A stretch of DNA of 64,000 nucleotides, taken from contig NC_086097.1 in the NCBI RefSeq assembly GCF_963921235.1, positions 233,494,001 through 233,558,000 of the forward strand. The letters run 5' to 3'. This document shows positions 26,735-39,974 of the stretch, in pieces. The position numbers and the translations under genes are program-made. This DNA is from Mobula hypostoma (lineage: Eukaryota). Below the pieces are notes generated by a model, which was given only the letters and a program-made list of their open reading frames with translations, was not told where the DNA came from and made no database searches. Position 1 is the stretch's first letter. Each line of letters starts with the position of its first letter.

Positions 26735-27310
26735 ATATACTTGAAAACTCAGCAGGTCAGGCAATGTCTATTGAAAGAGATAACTTATTAATGCTTCAGA
26801 TTGAAGCCCTTCATTTGATCTGGGAAAGGTGGAATCTAAATTGTTTTTAAGTTGCTGAGAGGGCAGGGAGAGGATGGACAACAGAAAGAAAAGACCTTTG
26901 ATACATTGAAGTTGTGATCGACATAATCTGTAAAGGAAATCAGGTTGATGGGTAGAATTTAGAGCGAGGAAAAGCCTGAACAAAGAAATATAAAAGCTAT
27001 GAAAGATATAAAAGCTTTTGCATTCCTCTGTTCAGTTTTGTTCTCTGTCACTTCTCCTATTAACTCATTAACCAGATGATTTTGCTTACAAGTTATTCCC
27101 ATGGTAACCTTGGCCTCACATTGTCTGTGATATTTGCATAATCCTCGCCACTCTCTCCACGTATCCACCAACTTTAACTACAACTTAAAACTGAGGAAGG
27201 ATCTAAACCTAAGATGTTAACTCAATTTCTCTCCACACAGATGATCTGCTATATATTTCTGCATTCTGTACGTATTCCTCAGATTTCTAACATCTGAGTT
27301 TTTTTGACTT
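26735..27310. mobile_element. Old Penelope-tail-like repeat with inverted ends
   Basis: Degenerate matches to the Penelope tail on the minus strand near 26740-26825 and on the plus strand near 27190-27300. Confidence 0.4.
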
Positions 27311-27568
27311 CTACTTAGCATGAGTTGATTCTGCAGAGCATAGGTATTCAGCTGAGAAAACATTCAAATTATAAATATAGGATGGAAACTAAATTTCAAT
27401 TAAGAAGTTTTAACTCAATAATTTCTTTTCAACCATTAAAGAAAATAACAACCCATAACAAATGCAGGTGGATAGAAGTGGGTAACATAAGCTGATTGAT
27501 TAATATAGATTTAAAGCATAGATTGCAAACACAAACTATAGATGATAATGGAAATTAGAAGTACTTAC

Positions 27569-27602
27569 CTCCACAGATTAATGGTTGTATGGAACAAACT
27601 GC
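27569..27602 (-). CDS. Candidate 34-nt internal exon of an unidentified host gene
   Basis: Minus strand: ttctaac (branch-like)..gaatggtttcacag|GCAGTTTGTTCCATACAACCATTAATCTGTGGAG|gtaagtac. Two open frames (AVCSIQPLICG or SLFHTTINLW). Confidence 0.5.
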
Positions 27603-27632
27603 CTGTGAAACCATTCAATACAGAGTTAGAAA

Positions 27633-28362
27633 GTACTTCCAGGTGAGGCAACACTTCACTTGTGAGTCTGTTGGGGTCATCAATTGCATCCAGTGCTCCA
27701 GGGGCAACCTCCTGTACAGCAGTGAAACCCGACGCAGATTGGGGGACCGCTTCGTCGAGCACCTCCTCTCCGTCCGCCACAACAGAGGGGATATCCTAGT
27801 AGCCACCCACTTCAACTCTGCTTCCCATTCTCATTCAGATATGTCCATACATGACCTCCTCTACTGCCATGATGAGGCTAAACTCAGGTTAGAGGAGCAA
27901 CACCTCATATACCATCTAGGTAGTCTCCAGCCCCTTGGTATGAACATAGAATTCTCCAATTTCTCGTAATTCCCTCCCCCTCCCTTCCTCTATCCCTATG
28001 TCACTCCGCCCGCTCCCCCAGCTGCCTATCACCTTCCTCATGGTTCCGGCTCCTTCTACTACCCATTGTGTTTTCCCCTATTCCTTCTTCACCTTTCCTG
28101 CCTATCACCTCCCTGCTTCTCTCCCCCACCCCTTTATCTTTCCCCTTACTGGTTTTTCACCTGGAACCTACTAGCCTTCTCCTTCCCACCCTCCCCCCAT
28201 CTTCTTTATAGGGCCTCTGCCCCTTCCCTCTACAGTCCTGATGAAGGGTTCCGGCCCGAAACGTCGTCTGATTGTTTCCACGGATGCTGCCCAACCTGCT
28301 GAGTTCCTCCGGCATGTTGTGAGTGTTGCTTTGACCCCAGCATCTGCAGAGTATTTTGTGTT
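27633..28362 (+). mobile_element. Penelope-like element 3' part (GIY-YIG endonuclease C-terminus plus terminal repeat)
   Basis: FQVRQHFTCESVGVINCIQCSRGNLLYSSETRRRLGDRFVEHL..VATHFNSASH..LEEQHLIYHLGSLQPLGMN; pyrimidine-rich UTR; terminal repeat with hammerhead motif. Confidence 0.88.
28233..28270 (+). ncRNA. Minimal type I hammerhead ribozyme motif
   Basis: CAGTC-CTGATGA-AGGGTTCCGGCCC-GAAA-CGTC-GTCTG: intact core, stem II, palindromic ACGT stem III, stem I with one mismatch. Confidence 0.75.
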
Positions 28363-30000
28363 TAGAAAGTACTGTAGCTTGATTCAGGAACATTTCGACT
28401 GAAACCAATGTTGATTGCAGAATGTTTTGGGTTTCATTAGTGGAATCAAAAGGAACAGGAGCCATTTCAGCTCATGTGGCAGAAATTAAGAAATTGTCTG
28501 AACGTTGTGAGTTCAGTGATGGGTTTAATGATGCACTGAGAGATCATTTAGTTTTTGGAATTTTACAAGAAAGTATTCAATAATGGCTCATAACTGAAGG
28601 ACAGCTCCCATTTAAAACAGCAGTTGAAATAGCTGTATCAATGGAAACAGAGGTTGTGAATGCAATTGAGTTACGGTCAGGAATGAAAGTGACGTGAACA
28701 AAATTGCAATGTCTAAATGGAAATTTACTTGACAAATTGTGTTACTGTTGTGGAAGGAGCTCACATACACCAGACCTGTGTAGGTTTAAAGGTGAAACTT
28801 GCAGAAAATAAAACAAAGTAAGACACAGATAATGAGCACGTCGACAGACAAAAATAAATGGACTGACAGGGAAGAACATAAGAACATAAGAAATAGGAGC
28901 AGGAGAAGGCCATTTGGCCATCAATCCTGCTCCACTATTCAATAAGATCATGGCTGATCTGGCCATGGACACATCTCCACCTACCTGTCTTTTCCCCATA
29001 ACCTTTATTTCCACTACAGTGCAAAAATCTATCCATCTTTGTCTTGAATATATTTACTGAGGTAGCCTCCACTGCTTCATTGAGCAGAGAATTCCACAGA
29101 TTCGTCACTCTCTGTGAAAAGCAGTTTCTCCTCATCTCCGTCCTAAATCTACTCCCCGGAATCTTGTGACTATGTCCACTAGTTCTAATCTCACCTACCA
29201 GTGGAAACAACTTTCCTGCCTCTATCTTATTTATCCCTTTCATAATATTATGTGTTTCTATCAGATCCCCTCTCATTCGTCTGAATTCCAGTGAGTATAT
29301 TCCCAGATGATTTAATCTCTCCTCATAGTCTAACCCTCTCATCTCTGAAATCAACCTGGTGAACCTCCTCTGCACCACCTCCAAAGCCAGTATATCCTTC
29401 CTCAAGTAAGGAGACTAGAACTGCATGCAATACTCCAGCTGCGGCCTCACCAGTACACTGTACAGTGACAGCATAACCTCCCCGCTCTTAAATTCAATCC
29501 CTCTAGCAATGAAGACCAACATTTGATTTGCCTTCTTGATAGCCTGCTGCATCTGCAAACCAACCTTTTGTGGTTCATGCACAAGTACTCCCAAGTCCCT
29601 CTGCATAGCAGCATGCTGCAGTTTTTTACCATTTAAATAATAATCCACTCTATCATTTTTCCTTCCAAAGTGGATGACCTCATATTTACCAAAATTGTAC
29701 TCCATCTGTTAGACCCTTGCCCACTCACTTAACCAATCTACATCTCTCTGCAGACTCTCGGCATCTTCTGAACAATTTGCTTTTCCACTCAATTTAGTAT
29801 TATCAGCAAACTTAGATGCACTACACTCAGTCCCATCTTCCAGATTGTTAATTTATACCATGAATGGTTGCAGGTCCAGCCCCAACCCCTGCAACACTCC
29901 GCTCACCACTGATTGCCAACCAGTCATGTATCTGAATTCTCTGCTTGCTGTTAGTTAACCAATCCTCTATCCATGCTAATGCATCACTCCCAACTTTATA

Positions 30001-30135
30001 AACATAGAACATAGAATAGTACAGCACAGTACAGGCCCTTTGGCCCACAATGTTGTGCCGACCCTCAAACCCTGCCTCCCATATAAGCCCCCACCTTAAA
30101 TTCCTCCATATACCTGTCTAAATTCCTCTATATAC
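30001..30135 (-). mobile_element. Short CR1 3'-end insertion inside the long CR1
   Basis: (AGAACAT)n tail; nearly the same as 10324-10475; interrupts the RT frame. Confidence 0.75.
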
Positions 30136-33100
30136 CTGTCTTATGTATCCTTATCTTATAGATCAGTCTTTTATGCCGCACCTTATCAAACGCCTTCTGG
30201 AAATCCAGGTAAATAACATCCACCTGTTCCCCTCTATCCACTGCACTCATTATATCCACAAAGTACTCCAGTAAGTTTGTTAAACAGGACCTGCCTTTGT
30301 TGAATCCACACTGCAACTGCGTGACAGATCCATTTCTTTCCAGATGTCTTGCTATTTCTTCTTTGATGATAGCTTCAAACATTTTTCCAACTACAGATGT
30401 TAAACTAACTGGCCTATAGTAACCTGCTTTTGCTGACATCCTTTTTTGAACAGCGACATTCGCCATCTTCCAATCCACTGGGACCTACCCAGAGTCCAGA
30501 GAATTCTGGTAAATTATCACCAAAGCCTCTACCATAACTTTGCTATTTCTTTCAGTACCCTAGGATGCATTCCATCAGGACCAGGAGACTTAACTATCTT
30601 CAGGCCCACAAGCTTGCTCAGCACTACCTCTTCAGTGATAGCCATTGGATCGAGGTCCTCACCTCCCATCACATCCACAACATCTCTCTAGACGTGTCCT
30701 CCACTGTGAAGACTGACACAAAATAGTCATTTAAAGCCTCTGCCATTTCCTCATACCCAATATCAATTCCCTCTTCTCGTACTCCAAGGGACCTAAGTTC
30801 ACTCTAATCTCCCTTTTCCGCTTAACATAATTATAAAAACTTTTACTATCCAATTTTGTATTTTGTGCTAGTTTGCTTTCATAATCTATCTTCCCTTTCT
30901 TTATTGCTTGCTTAGTGGTACTTCGCAGTTTTTTAAAGTTTTCCTAATTTTCCAGTTTCCTACTACTCTTGGTGACTTTGCATGCACGAGCTTTTAGTTT
31001 GATGCCTTCTTTTATTTCCTTAGTTATCCAAGGCTGGCTATCCCTATCCTTACTGTCCTTGCTTTTAACTAGAATACACTTTTGTTGAGCACTGCGAAAA
31101 ATCTCTTTGAAAGTCTTCCACTGTTCCTCAACCATCCTACCATATAGCCTGTGTTCCCAGTCTATACTAGGCAAATCCTCCTTCATCTCACGTAGTCTCC
31201 ATTGTTCATGGATAATACACTATTATAGATCGAATTATTGCACTCACCATCTGTACAAGAAAATCAATTGTACTGTGATCACTCTTTCCAAGAGGATCCC
31301 TCACTACAAGATCACTAATTTTACCTGTCTCATTGCACAGGACCAGATCTAAGATAGCACGTTCCCTTGTAGGTTCAGTAACATGCTGTTTCTAGAAAGC
31401 TATCACAGATGCATTCTATGAAGTCCTCCTCAAGACTGCCTCGACCAACTTGATTCACCACTCTCTGTGCAAGTTAAAGTCCCCCATGATAACTACTGTT
31501 CCATTCTTACATGCCTCAGATAGTCGGTAGCTGACAGACAACTCCCAGCAGTGATTTTTTTCCCTTTACTATTCTTAATCTCTAACCAGATAAATTCGAC
31601 ATTCCGCCCCTTAGATCTTATATTGTCTCTCACTATCAATCTGATCTCATCTTTAATTCAGAGTGCTACCCCACCTCCCTTCCATATAACCTGATATCCT
31701 TGGATACTTAATTCCCAATCCTCTCCGCCCTGGAACTTGGTCTCCGTAACAGCCACTAAATCAAATCCCTTTGTCCTGATTTGTGCCACAAGTTCACTGA
31801 CTGTGTTTCAAATGCTACTGGCATTCAAATAAAGTGCTCTTACACTCATAGTGCTTTTAAAATCTTGTAATTTTTTACTCTTTTGCACTTTACTTTTCTT
31901 CACTTCACTCTTACTTTTTTCTTTCTTATCTTTTGCTTTGTCTTTATCTTTATCCACACTTTCCTTTTTAACTTTATTCATACTTTTCCAATCTGTTGAA
32001 CGCACTATTTAGTTTAAAACCCTATCCACAGCCCTAGTTATGTGATTCGCCAGGATCCAGGTCCCATCACGGTTCAGCTGGAGCCCATCCCCTTGGTACA
32101 GCTCCCTTCTTCCCCATACTGGTCCAATTTCCCATGAATTCAAACCCACTTCTCCCACACCAATCCTTGAGCCACACACTTAACTCTCTATTTCTCTTGA
32201 CCCTATGCCAATTTGCACCTGGCTCAGGTTGTAATCCAGAGATTTCTACTTTTTTGGTTCTGCTTTTTAATTTAGTCCCTGTCTGCTCAAGTTCCCTCAG
32301 CAGAACCTCTTTCCTCATTTTACCAATGTCATTGGTGTCCACATGGACCATGACAACTAGATCTTTCACCTCCTACTGCATGTTCCTCTGCAGGTCAGAT
32401 AAGATGTCCCAAACCTGAGCACCAGGAAGGCAACACAGCCTTTGGGATGCTCTATCCCTGCGACAGAGAATTCTGTCTATTCCCCTGACAATACTATCCC
32501 AATTACCACTGCATTTCTCTCCTCTCCCTCCTCTTAAATGGATCCCTGAACTACGGTGCCACAGTTACGTTGCTCATCCTTCCTATAGCCCTCACTCTCA
32601 TCCACACAGGGAGCAAGAATCTCAGACCCGTTGGACAAGCTCAAGGGCTGAGGGTCCTCCAGTACTGTCTCTTGGATCCCACTACCCGCCTGACTCGCAG
32701 TCACACCTTCTGGTCACTGACCTCGGACTGAATTTGATGCAGTTAATCTAATGGGTGTGATTACCTCCTGAAACAGGGAATCCAGGTAACTCTCCTGCTT
32801 CCTGATGTGCTGCAGTGTTTGAAGCTTAGATTCCACGTCCTCAACTTTGAGCCTGAGTTCCTCGAGTATCCAACACTTGCTGCAGATGTGGTCACCAGGA
32901 ACCACAATGGGGTCCACCAGCTCCCACATCATGCAGCTACAGCACATCACCTGATTCTGCATCATCCCTACTTTACTTAATTAGCTGTAATTTAGTGACT
33001 TTTTATTCAACCACTACAAAAGCCTTACCTGCTACTTACCTGTGCCTCATCACTGAAGTCTCTCGAGCCAAGGCCTCAACTTCCTATTCCTACACTGTTC

Positions 33101-33169
33101 CACTCACACTATGGCTGCTCAGCTTTGATCCTGCTTTACTTTTATTTGCTCTTGCTAATGAATGGAGAA

Positions 33170-33343
33170 TCAATTGATCCACCGCTAATGCGCCGAGCCC
33201 CACAAAACACTTCTTTTTCAAACTCTTCTCCCCGCCCTGTGTGAAGCTCTCTTTCTCTTCGAATCGATTGGTCTGCCGCTAATGTGCCGAGCCCCGCAAA
33301 ACACTCTTTTTTATAACTCTTTTCCCCGACCCATGTGAAGCTC
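33170..33343. repeat. Two tandem ~95-bp units at the CR1 5' end
   Basis: CCGCTAATG(C/T)GCCGAGCCCC(A/G)CAAAACAC..GTGAAGCTC occurs twice. Confidence 0.85.
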
Positions 33344-36114
33344 AGATAAAGTCAAGTTGTGGTGTCAAAAAAAGCACAAATCTGCAAGCTGTTGATGAAA
33401 AATCTGATAATGATGAGAGTGACTCAGGACTAGTTAGCCTTGAGATTTACTATGTGAAAACTAACAAGAGATAAGCAGCAATGTTTATACCAGAAGTGAA
33501 CAGCAAATTAATTAAAATGCAATTGGACATTGGTTTGGCTGTTTCAGACATTCAAAATATTGAGTTTGAGCATGGCATTTCAATAATAGTGACCTGAAGC
33601 CTGTAGATATTGGAGAAAAGATAACTCTTATGAGAAAGATATTCATAAAAGTGAAATTCAATAACCAACAGGGCAGAATGGGCTTGTATGCAGTAAAAAC
33701 AGGACAGCATTGTAGAGCCAATGGGTTGAGACATAATTTTTTACAAGGTTAAGTGGAGGCCGTGGGCAATGCCAGTGGTCCCAGTAGCCAAGAATGATGG
33801 ATTTGACAGGATCTTTGTTGATCTTAAGGTTACCGTAAACCCAGCACTGAAAGTAGATCAATACCCTCTGCCCAGGTTAGAAGGTATCTTTGTAAACTTT
33901 TCTAGAGGACTTAGATGAGACCTACCTACAGATGGAGATGGAAGAAAAGTTTAGCGTTTCTCACCATAAGTACACACAAAGTGCTCTATCACTGTAATAG
34001 GCTTATTTTTGGAGTAGCACCTGCACCTGTTTTCTGATAGAAAGCTATGGGCCAGGTGCGGGTAGGCTTCCCAAGCCCTCAGTGTTACCTGGATGACATA
34101 ATTGTTATTGATAAGGAAGACAAGGAACATCTCCAAAATTTCAAGCCAGTTTTGAAAAGATTACAAGATTAAGGACTCAGACCATGATGCATCAAGTGTG
34201 AATTCTTTCACCCAGCCATCACTACTATAGTCACATTGTTGATGAACACAAGTGTGCAAAGAAAATTCAAGCAGAGGTGGATGCCCCAAGGCCAAAGGAC
34301 GTGTTGTACCTGTGGTCCTTTTTAGGATTTGTCAATTACTATAACAGGTTCCTGCCACACCTGGCTACTGTTAACCATCCCTTCGACTCGTTACTACAGA
34401 CTGGGAAAAAATGACAATGAACAAAGCAGTGTGATGTGTCTTTCCAAAAGGTAAAGGAAATGGTGACGTCAGACACTGTACTCACACTTTATGATTCATA
34501 TCATCCAGTGTTCAACTAACAGCAGCAGCACAAATGCAGGAATGAACTTTGTTTCTTTGATGACACAATTACAAGATCGAATTCAAGATGATGATTGATT
34601 ATGGAAATACTGATGGATTGTGCCATTTATCTTTAGAAAAAGAAATGCCTGAAAAGCTTATAAAAGAGGATATTCCTATTGATGCATTCTCCCGAAAAGT
34701 CTCCTTATTACAGTGGCGATGATCCAAAGGGAGATCAGAAAAGACCCCACACTGTCTCAGGTCTACATGACTAACAAAAGTGGTTGGAATCTGCAGCAGA
34801 GGTTCCATTTCCCCCATTTTTACCAGTGCCAGTATGGACTTTCCCATGATGTGGATTGTCTTTGTGGGTATTGAATGCTACAGTGTTGGAGGATGGGCGT
34901 GGTCAAAATGAAAGTGTTGGCTCGTAGCTTTGTCTGGTGGCCTGGGATAGATCAGCAGATTGAACTGCTTGCCATGCACTGTTTGAGCTGCCAACATATC
35001 CAGAAGACGCCAAGGGCAGTGGCTGTATATCCCTGGGAATGGCAGAAGATTCATATGTATTTGGCCAGATCATTGATGGGCACAAATTTCTTGGTAGTAG
35101 TGCATGCAGCTACAAAGCAGCCAAAATTTTTCCCAATAACTTCACTGTAGCCTTGCACAACGTTGACATGTTGAGAAACCTCTTTTCAAGGACTGATGCT
35201 CCAAACACTTAGTCATTGACAATGGAACACAGTTTGCTGCAGAACAGTTTCAGTCATTCCTGAAAACGAATAGAATAAGACATATTTCGTCCGCACTGCA
35301 CCTCCCAGCTATAAATGACTTGGTGGAAAGGTTTGTCCAGAATCTAAACAACACACTGTGAGCAATGTCAGCAGAGCACATTACACGGACACTGAATCAG
35401 AAGCTCGCCATTTTCCTCCTTGCATATCGCAATGCAGCACACTCCACGGCAACGACTCAACAGTTATGCTGTTTCTGGGTTGTCCCTTGCATTCAACGCT
35501 TGGATCTCCTCAAACCCAATCTCAGAAGGAGTATGCAGGACAAACAGCTGAGACAATCTGAGGACTCCTCAAACAAGGATGGTCAATGTTTCGCTCCTGG
35601 ACAAGGAGTCCCGGCAATGGACTACAGAAGTGATCAGAAGTTGGCATCTGGAAAGATTAAGCAGAGAACTGGACCACTCTACTACTCAATGGAGATTGTA
35701 TCTGATGTTATCTGGAGGTAACATGTCAATCAGTTGAGGAGAGCAGAGTCAATTGCTAGAGAAGAAAAACGTCTAGAGCTGTCAGAACCACTTCTTGCAG
35801 TCCTGCAGTCCTGCAGTCCCAGAGTCAACTCCTACAACCTCAATGGAGGAGGACCCAGAACCTGAGATTGTTTCACAGCCACAATTCTCACTTGCCAAAC
35901 AGAGTGACTCCCATTGTCAGGAAAGGTGTTATCCCACAAGAGTAAAAAGATCATCCACAGTGAATAAATCTTCAGGCCTGAATAGGAGAATCGATATTTT
36001 ACTATGCTGTGAATGTCTGCATAGTATATATGATAACTATAGAGCAAAATGTTATGTATTTGAAATGAGATGTATTCTATATTGAGTTGGAGTTTATAGC
36101 TAAGCAGGGAGAAG

Positions 36115-36343
36115 TGTTGTATGTTTGATATTTCAATAATAGTTGAGTAATATTGCAAATATATTGTTTGATTAAGTACTCTTACTTGTTTACATAATTC
36201 TTTATGGGTTATATATAAAAAGTACTGTGCATGAATGGCATACGTCATGCTGAGCATCTTGCTAAAAGAAAAGGAAAGAAAATTGCATCCATGCTCCTGG
36301 GTTTTTCTTTCAATTAGCTTCTGGAGTTACAAAACATAAGAAC
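36115..36343 (+). repeat. 3' LTR of the Gypsy element
   Basis: Follows the polypurine tract, starts TG, contains TATATAAAA, homologous to the solo LTR at 16801-17200. Confidence 0.75.
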
Positions 36344-36454
36344 ACCCTTTCCTGCTTTGTTTCTCACCCTCTGATTTTCCTGTGAGTCTGGAAGTAGAGG
36401 CCCAAGGGTCAGACTCATGAGTTCTGGAGTCTAGGCCTGAAGGTTAAACCCATA

Positions 36455-37075
36455 GTTAGACCATAAGACATAGGAGCAGAATTAGGCCATCTGGCCCATC
36501 AAGTCTGCTCCGCCATTCAATCATGGCTGATCCCCTTTCTCTATCTCCTCCTCAACCCCAGTTCCCAGCCTTCTCCCCGTAACCTTTGATGCCATGTCCA
36601 ATCAAGAACCTTTCAATCTCGGCCTTAAATACACACAATGGCATGGCCTCCACAGCTGCACGTGACATGTAGCTTTGACTTCCCTTGTCAGTCACGATTG
36701 TACTATTTTACCATAGAATCATTGAAACGTAGAAAAACTACAATACAATACAGGCCCTTCGGCTCACAAAGCTGTGCTGAACATGTCCTTACCTTAGAAA
36801 TTACCCAGGGTTACCCATAGCCCTCTATTTTTCTGAGCTCCATGTACCTATCCAGGAGTCTCTTAAAAGACCCTATTGTATCTGCCTCCACCACCATCGC
36901 TGGCAGCCCATTCCACACACTCACCACTCTCTGCACAAAAAACCTACCCCTAATATCTGCTCTGTACCTACTTCCAAGCACCTTAAAACTGTGTCCTCTT
37001 GTGCTAGCTATTTCAGCCCCGGGGAAAAGTCTCTGACTACCCACACGATCAATGCCGCTTATCAGCTTATACCAC
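36455..37075 (-). mobile_element. Two adjacent CR1 3'-end fragments (36455-36665 and 36712-37075)
   Basis: Tail repeats and QRLFPGAEIASTRGHSFKVLGSRY..FFVQRVVSVWN. Confidence 0.8.
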
Positions 37076-37077
37076 CA

Positions 37078-39972
37078 AGATGTTGAACCCTTGCGGGTTG
37101 AGTTATGAAATCGCAAGGGTAAAAGGACATTGGTAGCAGTTATATACCGGTCTCCCAACAGTGGCTGGGTGGTGGGCCACAGGTTAAAACAGGAAATAGA
37201 AAAGGTGAGTCAAAAGGGTAAAAGGGTAATGTTAAGGTAGTCATATGAGATTTTAACCTGCAGATCGACTGTGAAAATCAGGTTGGTAATGGATCTCAAG
37301 AGTTTGAGTTTGTTGAATGCCTAAGAGATAGCATTTTAGAGCAGTTTCTCATTGAGTTTACTAGGGAATCGCCTATACTGGATTGGGTGTTATGTAGTGA
37401 ACCGGAGACGATTAGGGAGCTTAAAGTAAAAGAACCCTGAGGAACCAGTGATCACAATATGACTGTATTCAACTTTAAATTTGATAGAGAGAAAGTAAAG
37501 TCTGATGTAGCAGTATTTCATAGAAACATAGAAAACATAGAAAATAGGTGCAGGAGTAGGCCATTCGGCCCTTCGAGCCTGCACCGCCATTTATTATGAT
37601 CACGGCTGATCATCCAACTCAGAACCCAGCCTTCCCTCCATACCCCCTGACCCCTGTAGCCACAAGGGCCATATCTAACTCCCTCTTAAACATAGCCAAT
37701 GAACTGGCCTCAACAGTTTGCTGTGGCAGAGAATTCCACAGATTCACCACTCTCTGTGTGAAGAACTTTTTCCTAATCTCGGTCCTAAAAGGCTTCCCCT
37801 CTATCCTCAAACTGTGACCCCTCGTTCTGGACTTCCCCAACATCGGGAACAATCTTCCCGCATCTAGCCTGTCCAATCCCTTTAGGATCTTATACGTTTC
37901 AATCAGATCCCCCCTCAATCTTCTAAATTCCAACGAGTACAAGCCCAGTTCATCCAGTCTTTCTTCATATGAAAGTCCTGCCATCCCAGGAATCAATCTG
38001 GTGAACCTTCTTTGTACTCCCTCTATGGCAAAGATGTCTTTCCTCAGATTAGGGGACCAAAACTGCACACAATACTCCAGGTGTGGTCTCACCAAGGTCT
38101 TGTACAACTGCAGTAGTACCTCCCTGCTCCTGTACACGAATCCTCTCGCTATAAATGCCAGCATACCATTCGCCTTTTTCACCGCCTGCTGTACCTGCAT
38201 GCCCACTTTCAATGACTGGTGTATAATGACACCCAGGTCTCGTTGCACCTCCCCTTTTCCTAATCGGCCACCATTCAGATAATAATCTGTTTTCCTATTT
38301 TTGCCACCAAAGTGGATAACTTCACATTTATCCACATTAAATTGCATCTGCCATGAGTTTGCCCACTCACCCAACCTATCCAAGTCACCCTGCATCCTCT
38401 TAGCATCCTCCTCACTGCTAACACTGCCACCCAGCTTCGTGTCATCCGCAAACTTGGAGATGCTGCATTTAATTCCCTCATCCAAGTCATTAATATATAT
38501 TGTAAACAACTGGGGTCCCAGCACTGAGCCTTGCGGTACCCCACTAGTTACCGCCTGCCATTTCAGTGGAGTAAGGGAAATTACAATGGCATGAGAGAAG
38601 AGTTGGCCAAAGTAAATTGGAAGGAGCTGTTGGCAGGGATGTCAGCAGAGCAGCAATGGCATGTGTTTCTGGGAAAAATGAGGAAGATGCAGGACATGTG
38701 TATTACAAAAATGAAGAAACACTCAAATGGTAAAATAGTCCAACCGTGACTGACAAGGGAACTGAAAGCTATTGTAAAAGCAAAAGAAAGATCATACAAC
38801 AAAGCAAAAATTAGTGGGAAGATAGAGGATTGGGAAACTTTTAAAACCCTACAGAGAACAAATAGAAAAATCACTAGAAGGGATAAGATGAAATATGAAA
38901 TTATGAAAGTAAACAAGCATATAATATCAAAAGTTTTTTCAACTATGTTAAAAATAAGAGAAATGAGAGTGGATATGGGACCGCTCGAAAATGAGGCAGG
39001 AGAAATAATAACGGGGGACAAGGAGATGGCTGATGAACTAACTATTTTTATCAGTCTTCACTGGGGAGGACACTAGCAGTATGCCTGACATTGTAGAGTG
39101 TGAGGAAAGAGAAGTGGTGCAGTTACTATCAGAAGAGGGAAGGTGCTCAAAAAGCTGAAAGACCTGAAGGCACATAAATCACCAGGACCAGGGGAACTGC
39201 ACCCTAGGTTTCTGAAAGACGTAGCGTTAGAGATTGTGGCAGGATTAGAAATAATCTTACAAAAATTATTGGACTCTGGCATGGTCTGGAAAATTGCAAA
39301 TATTACTCCACTCTTTAAGAAAGGAGGAAGGCAGCAGAAAAGAAATTATAGACCAGCCAGCCTGACCTCGGTAGTTGGGAAGATGTTAATGGCAATTGTT
39401 AAGGATGAGGTGATGGAGCACTTGTTGACACAGGACAAGATAGTACAAAGTCAGCATGGTTTCCTTTAGGGAAAATCCTGCCTGATGAAACTGTTGGAAT
39501 TCTCTGAGGAGATTGCAAGTAGGATACATAAAGTGGATGTTGTATATCTGGACTTTCAAAAGACTTTTGACAAGGTGCCACACATGAGGCTCCTTACCAG
39601 GTTAAGAGCCCATAGTATCACAGGAAAGTTACTAACATGGTTAGAACATTGGTGGATTGGTAGGGGGCAGCAAGTGGGAATAAAAGGATTATGTTCTGAT
39701 TGGCTGCCAGTGACTGGTGGTTTTCCACAGGGGTCAGTGTTGGGACCACTTCTTTATATGCTGTGTATAAATGATTTAAAAGATGAAATAGATGGCTTTG
39801 TTGTCAAGTTTGCAGATGATACAAAGATTGGTGGAAGGGCAGGTAATGTTGAGGAAACAGAAGGACTTAGACCGATTCGGAGAATGGGCAAGAAAGTGGC
39901 AAATGAAATACAATGTTGAAAAATGCATGGTCATGCACTTTTGTAGTAGAAATAAATGTGTGGTCTACTTTT
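37078..39972 (+). mobile_element. Degenerate CR1 ORF2 (endonuclease to RT) lacking its 3' end
   Basis: [59 protein letters not shown]. Confidence 0.88.
37521..38559 (-). mobile_element. Young 5'-truncated CR1, same subfamily as 14142-16212
   Basis: 301-aa open ORF 37619-38524; ATTTCA on both sides (37515-37520 and 38560-38565). Confidence 0.96.
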
Positions 39973-39974
39973 TT

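Larger units (their letters stand above)
28875..33343 (-). mobile_element. Near full-length degenerate CR1 LINE (5' UTR, ORF1, ORF2, 3' tail)
   Basis: ORF1 zinc finger (CCSCMMWE..HICSKC, 32714-32965) and esterase-like VHVDTNDI (32067-32369); ORF2 start RALYLNASSI; RT fragments 28935-30478; (ACATAAGA)n tail. Confidence 0.9.
28370..36343 (+). mobile_element. Degenerate Gypsy LTR retrotransposon lacking its 5' LTR, split by a CR1
   Basis: gag remnant with a zinc knuckle (CYCCGRSSH..C, about 28740); pol remnants 33480-35720 (MGVVKMKVLARSFVWWPGID..C..C; FLLAYRNAAHS); polypurine tract AAGCAGGGAGAAG directly before the 3' LTR starting TGTTGT at 36115. Confidence 0.85.
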
